The translations under genes were made by a program, and so were the position numbers. Positions 57,046 through 64,000 of a stretch of 64,000 bases of DNA are shown in pieces. The notes beneath the pieces are model-generated. The model saw only the letters and a program-made list of their open reading frames with translations. It was not told the origin of the DNA and ran no database searches. Origin of the DNA: Eggerthellaceae bacterium (GTDB lineage Bacteria > Actinomycetota > Coriobacteriia > Coriobacteriales > Eggerthellaceae); assembly GCA_050951095.1 (NCBI GenBank), contig JBMNIQ010000002.1, positions 239,099-303,098 on the forward strand, written 5' to 3'. The first letter of the stretch is position 1; each line of letters starts with the position of its first letter.

Positions 57046-57285
57046 GGCCCGCATGCCGTCCCTTATGCTTGTGAGCCGTTCTTATTCCGACGGGCGCGGG
57101 GGTCATCGCCCATCGGACAACGCCGTCTGCCACACAGATCCAGGCACGTCCCACCCCGCGACGGGCAGGGGCGCTGCCGTCAAACCTGCTTCGACGCAGT
57201 CCCGTGGCCATGCTGTGGCCCGTGGGCGCGTCCGCTCCTGCGGCCCTGCGGATCCCACCCGGGTCGCGAGGTTAGGAGACGAAGC

Positions 57286-57621
57286 ATGAAGCAGCCGCGA
57301 CTTTCACTGGAGGGCAAGACCCTCGACGAGTACATCATCGACATCCTTGACTACCTGCGCGAGGCGAGCGGCCTGACCGTGGCCGAGCTGGCCCGCAGGT
57401 CGGGGCTGACGGACTCCGCACTTGGGAAGGTGCTCCGGCACGAGCGCGCCCTGAAGGCCGACGAGTTCGTGCGGCTGTGCTTTACGCTGCGCGCGAGCGG
57501 GACGCTGTTCCTGCCCAAGGAGCTTGCGAGGGAGCTCGCCGAGGCAAACTACCGCACGCTCGACGGCAAGAGGCTGCTGCCAGACGGCGACGCGGGGGAC
57601 TGGATGGTGCCTCATGCATGA
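57286..57621 (+). CDS. HTH DNA-binding protein (prophage regulator candidate)
   Basis: SGLTVAELARRSGLTDSALGKVLRHE. The stop overlaps the next start by 8 nt. Confidence 0.55.
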   Translation: MKQPRLSLEGKTLDEYIIDILDYLREASGLTVAELARRSGLTDSALGKVLRHERALKADEFVRLCFTLRASGTLFLPKELARELAEANYRTLDGKRLLPDGDAGDWMVPHA

Positions 57622-60416
57622 TTTGAGCAAGGTGCCCGCCGAGCTGAAGCGCGAGCCGCGCTGGGTGTGCTGGCGTGCGCAGGCCCGCGACGGCGGGAAG
57701 ATGACCAAGCTGCCGGTGGACCCGCACAACGGGCGCATGGCGAAGACGACTGACGCGGCCACGTGGGCGACGTTTGACGAGGCCGTGGCTGCCGTGGGGC
57801 GCTGGAACTGCACGGGCGTGGGGTTCGTGTTCGGGCCTGACCGCGCCTACACCGGGCTCGACCTGGACCATGTGATCAGCGACGGCCGGCTGGCCGACGC
57901 GTATAGGTGGGTGGTGAACGAGTGCCACTCCTACGTAGAGGTGTCTCCCTCCGGGGACGGGCTGCACATTCTGTTCCGGGGGTCGAAGCCCGAGGGCGCC
58001 ACCCGCTGCAGGCGCGGGCCGGTGGAGATGTACGACCACGAGCGGTTCTTCACCGTGACGGGCAACGTCGTTGCCGGACATGAGGCACTCGGGGAGAACC
58101 CGCGCGTGGTGGAGAAGGCGTACAAGCTGTGGATCGAGCCGGGGTTCGGGCAGGCGGCTGGCGCTGGGCAGGCGTCGCTGGCTGGGGCGGGCGGCGGTGG
58201 CACTGCGCGTGGCAATGGCGGTGACACCCGCAGCGACGGTGATTCCGGTGGGGTTGTGCTCACTGACGACGAACTGGTGCGGCGCATGCGTGGGTCTCGC
58301 AACGGCGCGGCCATCGGGGCGCTGCTCGACGGCGACATGTCGGCCTACGGCGATGACCACTCCAAGGCAGACTTCGCGCTGTGCTCCCACCTGGCGTTCT
58401 GGTGCGCGGGGGACGCGGCGCGGATGGACCGGATCTTCCGCGGCAGCGGTTTGATGCGCCGGAAGTGGGACTCCCGGCGCGGCGGCTCGACCTACGGGGC
58501 TCAGACCATCGAGCGGGCGATCTCGGAGTGCCGGGAGTTCTACTCGCCCAGGGCGGCGCGACCTGAGGGCCAGCGAAACGCTGTGGCCAAAGACACAAAC
58601 AGATGTTCGATTGTTCGAACGGGCACGGACGAGAGGGGTTCTAGCGCTTCCGATGATTCGGAGCCCCAGTTCGACACCGAGCGCGCCCCCTCCGTGGAGG
58701 CCTGGCGGGTGACTGACGACGGGGCGCTGTGGCAGGTTGATGCCGACGGGAAGCTGCGGCACTCGGTGACCTCGACGGCCCCGTGGGTGGCATGCGACCT
58801 GGTTGATGTGGACACCCGTGACGTGCGGGCGCTCGTGCGCATGCGCGTGCCGGGCGGCACGGTGGAGCGGGCCTTCGACCGGGACGTTCTGCTGAGCCAG
58901 AACAGGATTGTGTCTGCCTTGGCCCCCATGGGCGGCAACGTGTCGAGTGCCAACTGCAAGGATGTGATCCGCTACCTCACCGACTGCGAGAAGCGGCTCG
59001 GGCGGCTGCGGCCGCGCGTGGCGAGCGTGACGCACCTGGGCTGGGCCGACGGGCCGCTCGGGGCTTTCATGCCTTACGACGCCGACGAGGGCGCGGTGCG
59101 GTTCGATCCCTCTCCCGACGAGGAGGCCAAGGCCAGGCCGTTTCTGGAGCCGGAGGGGACGCTGGAGGCTGGGTGGCGGCGATGGGGCCGGTGCGGGATT
59201 CTTCGCCCGCGTTCCGCTGCGTGCTGGCGGCGAGCTTTGCTTCTCCGCTCGTGGCCGTGGTGGGCGCGCAGGCGTTCATCGTGTACCTGTGGGGACGGTC
59301 GCGCTCGGGCAAGACGCCGACGCTCAAGGCGGCTGGCAGCGTGTGGGGCGACCCGACCGAGGGCGCCGACTCGTACTTCCGCACCTTCGCCGACACGCCG
59401 AAGTCGATCGTGCGCGCGGCGGCGCTGCTGCACGACGTGCCGCTCATCGTGGACGAGCTGCAGAGCAAGGGCAGCGCCGGCGGGCAGGCTGGCAAGCGGC
59501 AGTACGTGGAGGACCTGCTCTACTCGCTCAGCATAGGGCACGAGCGCGGGGCACTGAACTCGGACCGCTCGATGATGCGCGTGGGCAGCTGGCGCTGCCT
59601 CACCATCGCCACCGGCGAGATCCCCATCGTGGGCGGCTCGACCCAGCAGGGCGCGGCCAACAGAACCCTGGAGCTCAACGCCGAGCCCTTCTCTGACGTG
59701 CGAGCCGCCCAGGCGATGCACCACGTCGTGGCCGTGCAGCACGGGACCGCGGGGCGTACGTATGTTCGAGCGCTTCGGACGAACACGGGGAATGGTACGT
59801 GGGGCAACTCGGCCTCTTCCGCAGGCAGGTGGCCGAGATGGCGCTCGGGCACCCGCAGGCCGACAACGTCGCGCTCGTCGCCCTGGCGGACGCACTCGCC
59901 TCGTTCTACGTGTTCGGCTGCGCGGACTGGGACGTGTGCGTGGGCAACGCGCTTGCCATGGCCGCGTGGGCGCTCGGCAACTCGACCGGCGCCGAGGCCG
60001 GCGACACCGACCTCAAGGCGATCCAGTTCGTGGCCGAGTGGCTGGTGAGGAGCCGCCTGCACTTCGAGGACTCCGCCGAGATGGACCGCCTGGACCGCTG
60101 GGGCGACATCGAGCGCAGGCCGTGCGAGACGAACTTCAACTGGTGCGTGTTCTCGCACGTGCTGGAGAAGGCGCTCGACGGCGAGAACTTCGACCGGCAG
60201 AAGACGCTTCGGCGCATGGACGAGGAGGGGCTGCTCGTGAAGGGCGGCTCCGGCAAGCGGTTCACGCGGCTGCGGCGGTTCAAGGGCGGCGGGCGCGTCT
60301 GGTGCGTCTGCATCGACAACGACGCGCTGGCGGCGTTCCTGGAGCGCGTCGACGGGGGCACGGGCGGGCGGTGCGACGTCCGGCCGTCATCGCCGCCCGG
60401 TCGCGCCTTCGAGTGA
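57614..60416 (+). pseudogene. Prim-Pol / PriCT / DUF927-type primase-helicase, in three reading frames
   Basis: Frame 1: GVGFVFG..GLDLDH..YVEVSPSGDGLHILF, then DHSKADFALCSHLAFW. Frame 2 from ~59173: Walker A GRSRSGKTP and IVDELQ. Frame 3 from ~59780: C-terminal domain. Confidence 0.75.
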
Positions 60417-60640
60417 TGACGGGGGTGATGACAGGTGAGGGGGCTGGTGGAGACCCGTGTTGTACGTTGGTGTCATCGTTGTCATCACTTATATGGGCAA
60501 GGGTGGTGGCCTCGCGCGCGGGCGCGCGCGCGCGCATGCGCGGGGGACTGCGGCCCGATTGGCGATGACGTGATGACGCGGGGCGTTCGCGCAGGTGGCG
60601 GGGCGGTTTCGCGTCATCGGCGGCGTGATGACGGCCGGGC
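60414..60640. repeat. Non-coding cluster of GTGATGAC / GTCATCAC repeats plus a (CG)n run
   Basis: GTGATGAC lies at 60414, 60426, 60571 and 60626. GTCATC(AC) lies at 60473, 60482 and 60613. TTATATGGG is at 60490, and an alternating CG run is at ~60511-60545. Confidence 0.7.
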
Positions 60641-61160
60641 GGGTGTCAGCGCATGAGGTGGGATGCGGAGCAGGACGACGTCCTGCGTGAGTGCTCGTAT
60701 CGGGGCGCCCGGTACGTGCGCGGACGAGATCAAGCGGCGCTGCGGCGTGGCCCACACCCTGCGCGCGGTGGAGATGCGGGCAAGCCGGATCCACTGCTCG
60801 CTGGCCGTGCGGACCGTGTGCCCCAGCTGCGGCGCCGTGGGCGTGGACATCAACAAGGCAACCGGGCATCTGCCGGAGGTGCTCGGAGCAGTTCCATCTT
60901 GAGCAGGAGCGCGTGTTCAGCGCGATGCTGGAGCCTGAGCGGCCAAGAGGCCGAGGGCTCGCCGACGTTGACGCGACGTACGCCGCGAGCGCGACCGGCT
61001 GCGGAAGGCGAACTCGCGGCTGTGCAAGAAGTACGGGCTGAAGAGCCGCAAGGACCGGGGGATGTTCGGGAGGGCTCCCGTGGCTGCTTCTGGCCCGGCT
61101 CGTGACGGCCTCCGATGATGTTCGCTGTGCAGGACTATGCGAACGAAGGAGGTGGCCTGC

Positions 61161-61622
61161 ATGGCGAGGCGGGCGAAGCTGACCGAGGAGATGGTGCAGC
61201 AGGCCATCAGGCTGAAGGCCGACGGCCTTTCCAACGGCGACATCATCTGCGCGCTGGGCATCCACGAGAGCACGTTCTACCGCTGGATCGGCGAGCCCAA
61301 GAACAGGCTGCAGCGCGAGTTAAGCGAGGGACTAAAAAAGGAGGAGGCCGAGTTCAAGCACACGCTGCTGACCACGATCCGGGCGGCGGCGCTGGCGAGG
61401 AACCAGTACTGGACCGCGGCCGCGTGGCTGCTCGAGCGCAAGTACCCCGACGAGTACGGCAAGGCCGACCGCCGGCGGGACGAGGACGAGGGCGGCGACG
61501 CGCCGCGGATCGTGCTCGGCGTGGTGGCCAAGCCCGTGCAGGAGCGGATCGACTTCTCCGCGTGCGAGGCGCGGGGCGCCGAGGACGCTCACTGGCGGGC
61601 GGCCTTCTCACTCCTCTTCTGA
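61161..61622 (+). CDS. Terminase small-subunit-like HTH protein
   Basis: MARRAKLTEEMVQQAIRLKADGLSNGDIICALGIHESTFYRWI. GAAGGAGG lies 7 nt upstream. The gene sits immediately 5' of the large terminase. Confidence 0.6.
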   Translation: MARRAKLTEEMVQQAIRLKADGLSNGDIICALGIHESTFYRWIGEPKNRLQRELSEGLKKEEAEFKHTLLTTIRAAALARNQYWTAAAWLLERKYPDEYGKADRRRDEDEGGDAPRIVLGVVAKPVQERIDFSACEARGAEDAHWRAAFSLLF

Positions 61623-61644
61623 TTCCACGAGAGGGAGGGCGCAG

Positions 61645-62935
61645 GTGATGGCGACGGTGGACGCGAGCGAGCTGGTGATCCCGGCGTTCCACGACGTGCT
61701 GGGCGACGTGATGGCGCACGGGCACACGCACTACTGGCTGCACGGCGGGCGAGGGTCCACCAAGAGCTCGTTCGTCTCCGTGGCCATCGTGCTGCTGCTC
61801 CTGGCGCACCCGGACGCCAACGCGGTGGTGATTCGGCGCTTCTCGCAACACGCTGAGGGACTCCGTCTACGAGCAGGTGCAGTGGGCCATCGCGGAGCTC
61901 GGCTTGGAGCGGTGGTTCAGGGCGCGGGTGTCTCCCATGGAGCTGACGTACCTGCCCACGGGGCAGCGGATCGTGTTCCGCGGGGCGGACGACCCGCTCA
62001 AGCTCAAGGGCACGAAGTTCGGGCACGGGTACGCGGCCGTGGTGTGGTTCGAGGAGCTGGACCAGTTCGACGGGATCGAGGCGGTGCGCTCCATCCTCAA
62101 CTCTCTGCGGCGCGGGGGCGACGACTTCTGGATCTTCTACACGTACAACCCGCCGCGCACCCTGTGGAGCTGGGTGAACAGGGAGGAGATCGAGAGGGAG
62201 AAGAGGGCGGACACGCTCGTGAGGCGTTCGTCTTATCTCGACGTGATTGGCTCTCACCCGGAATGGCTGGGGGCAGCCGTTCATCGAGGAGGCCGAGTAC
62301 CTGCGGGAGACTGACGAGCGGGCTTGGCGTTCCGAGTACCTGGGCGAGGTAACAGGCACGGGCGGCGGCGTGTTCGGCAACGTCACGGGCAGCGGCTCAC
62401 CGACGCGCAGTGCCGTGGCTTCTCCCGCACGAGGAATGGGATCGACTGGGGCTGGTTTCCTGACCCGTGGAGGTTCGTGCGGTGCGGGTGGGTGCCCGGG
62501 GAGCGGAGGCTGTTCCTCTTCCAGGAGCTTTCGGCCAATCGCAAGACGCCGCAGGAGACCGGGGCCATGGTCGCCAACGCCTTGACCTTCTCCGATGACG
62601 CGGGCAAGGACGCCTACCAGCACGACGAGCTGATATGGTGCGATGACACGCCGGACGGGAAGCAGTCGATGGCCGTGTACCGGCGCGAGCTGGGGCTGCG
62701 CGTTCGCCCTGCTCGCAAGTCGAACATGAGACGGCTGTCGTACGAGTGGCTGGCGGGGCTGCGGGAGATCGTGATCGACCCGGTACGGTGCCCGCTCGCC
62801 TATGAGGAGTTCAGGCTGAAGGAGTTCGAGCGCGACCGCGACGGGACGTGGATTGACGAGATTCCCGACGGGAACGACCACTCCATCGATGCGGTGCGCT
62901 ACGCGATGATGGACGACGTTCTCAGAGGGGCGTAG
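61645..62935 (+). pseudogene. Terminase large subunit broken by three frameshifts
   Basis: Walker A HGGRGSTKSSF (frame 1). NTLRDSVYEQVQWAI...VVWFEELDQF (frame 2). QPFIEEAEYLRETDERAWRSEYLGE (frame 3). WGWFPDPWRF...GNDHSIDAVRYAM (frame 2). The shifts lie at ~61845, at G5 62269-62273, and at ~62388. Confidence 0.8.
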
Positions 62936-63099
62936 AATGCAGGCAGGGCACGCCCGGACCTTCGAATCGGGACACGGCCCGGAGGATTCGCCCGCTGACC
63001 TTTGCAGGGGGCTTCAATCCTTCCATGTAGGGGCGATTCCTACCGCGGTTCAGGTCAGCGGTGTCTGGGCGCCCCTTTTTCTTGCCCCCTCTTCTCGGC

Positions 63100-63309
63100 C
63101 TAGAAGATGTCCTCCCATGAATAGCCGCAGTCGAGGCAGCGGAACTCGGAGACGGGGGCGACGTGGGTGCCGTCGAAGGTGGTCAGCGGGCTGGCCGGTA
63201 ATGGTACGAGGCCCTTCTCCTGCTGCTCGACGTTGGTGGAGCCGCACCGGGGGCAGGGATGGGCTGATGAGGTCCTCTTCCCTCTGTCGTGATTGAAGAG
63301 CAGACCCAT
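63100..63309 (-). CDS. Small (69 aa) double-CxxC zinc-ribbon protein, antisense to the packaging module
   Basis: MGLLFNHDRGKRTSSAHPCPRCGST...FRCLDCGYSWEDIF, with GGAGG ~12 nt upstream. The longer 287-aa ORF-track version is not credible. Confidence 0.5.
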   Translation of the reverse strand: MGLLFNHDRGKRTSSAHPCPRCGSTNVEQQEKGLVPLPASPLTTFDGTHVAPVSEFRCLDCGYSWEDIF

Positions 63310-63420
63310 GGGCTTCTCGCCTCCGTCCTTCTCTGCATGGCCTTGGTTGCTTGGCCCATGGCCTGTGACCGTGGCCGATGCTTTCACCACTTCATTATCG
63401 ACGAAACAGAGGAGCGGGCC

Positions 63421-64000
63421 ATGGTTGAGCAGAGAGACGAGTACTGGGTGCCGGAGTGCGTGAGGGCTTATCTGCGCGGGGCAGGCTTTAGCACGCGGGT
63501 GCTGGAGGACATGGAGCCGCGCGTTAGGGAGTGGGACTCGTGGATGCGGGCCATCGGGGAGTTCTACGACTACCGGGACACGGATGGCTTCGGGCGGGTG
63601 TATCAGGTGCATCGCAGGACGATCATGCCTGCGATGCGGGTTTGTCGGGAGTGGGGTTCTCTGCTTCTTGATGAGAAGATCACCGTGGCCTGCGATGATC
63701 AAAAATGCACTGACTGGCTTGGCTCGTTCTTCTCCTCTACTAACTTCTGGGGACGGGCGCAGGAGACCGTCGTGAGGGCCTTCGGGCTTGGCACGGGTGC
63801 GTTCGCCTTGTGGCTGGACGTGAGGCGCAAGGCTATCAAGATCAGGCACTACGACGCGCGGATGGTGGTTCCTCTCAGCTGGGACTCGGAAGGTATCGGG
63901 GAGTGCGCGTTCGTCACGCGGGCGTTTGTCAATGGCGAGAGCATCGACCAGGTTCAGATGCACGTCGTTGGAAGTGATGGCGCTTATCTCATTCGCACGG
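63421..64000 (+). CDS. Phage portal protein (SPP1 gp6-like), 3'-truncated by the window edge
   Basis: My own translation from ATG 63421 gives MVEQRDEYWVPECVRAYL...RTIMPAMRVCREWGSLLLDEKITV...FWGRAQETVVRAFGLGTGAFALWLD..., open to the window end. The position after terminase is canonical. Confidence 0.65.
   Translation, partial: MVEQRDEYWVPECVRAYLRGAGFSTRVLEDMEPRVREWDSWMRAIGEFYDYRDTDGFGRVYQVHRRTIMPAMRVCREWGSLLLDEKITVACDDQKCTDWLGSFFSSTNFWGRAQETVVRAFGLGTGAFALWLDVRRKAIKIRHYDARMVVPLSWDSEGIGECAFVTRAFVNGESIDQVQMHVVGSDGAYLIRT

Noticed and set aside
57053-57289. 78-aa ORF between the two prophage HTH genes.
   Set aside because: It has a Gly/Arg/Pro-rich composition and no RBS. It is more likely non-coding spacer.
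62937-63296. 119-aa plus-strand ORF after terL, and the 287-aa minus-strand ORF 63100-63963.
   Set aside because: Their translations are Arg/Pro-rich with no motifs. The long minus-strand ORF runs antisense through the portal gene. Only its last 69 codons (the zinc ribbon with its own RBS) look real.

Overview
High-GC (~60-65%) actinobacterial-type chromosome segment. From gene content it looks Coriobacteriia/Eggerthellaceae-like, but that is an inference. The conserved backbone holds: modBC; a UvrA paralogue; the fhaA-fhaB-pstP-(rodA::pbpA)-pknB cell-wall cluster; a 2-hydroxyacyl-CoA-dehydratase-like pair with a fused activase; a seven-gene hdrCBA-flxDCBA-type operon; and a yeiH/LysR pair. 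Three accessory regions interrupt it. (1) 15.1-27.6 kb is a stack of integrative elements at tRNA-Arg(CCU). It is marked by three copies of the tRNA 3' segment plus its terminator, and it carries an ars cassette, an integrase co-transcribed with an orphan 398-aa protein, an xis/AAA-ATPase replication module with iteron-like hairpins, a dead Sau3AI/Dcm R-M system and an IS256-family element. An unexplained GTGACGAT palindromic module recurs at its junctions. (2) 40.2-42.4 kb is an aldo/keto-reductase segment bracketed by two AT-rich MITE-like elements. (3) 56.4 to beyond 64 kb is a prophage next to tRNA-Met whose replication and packaging genes are broken by many frameshifts. Other accessory items are a frameshifted sortase-type adhesin and a tandem pair of SH3 secreted proteins that share a 5'-UTR hairpin. 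All product calls come from motif recognition by eye; no database search was possible. Several frameshifts are +1 events in G/C homopolymers, so sequencing error cannot be excluded.
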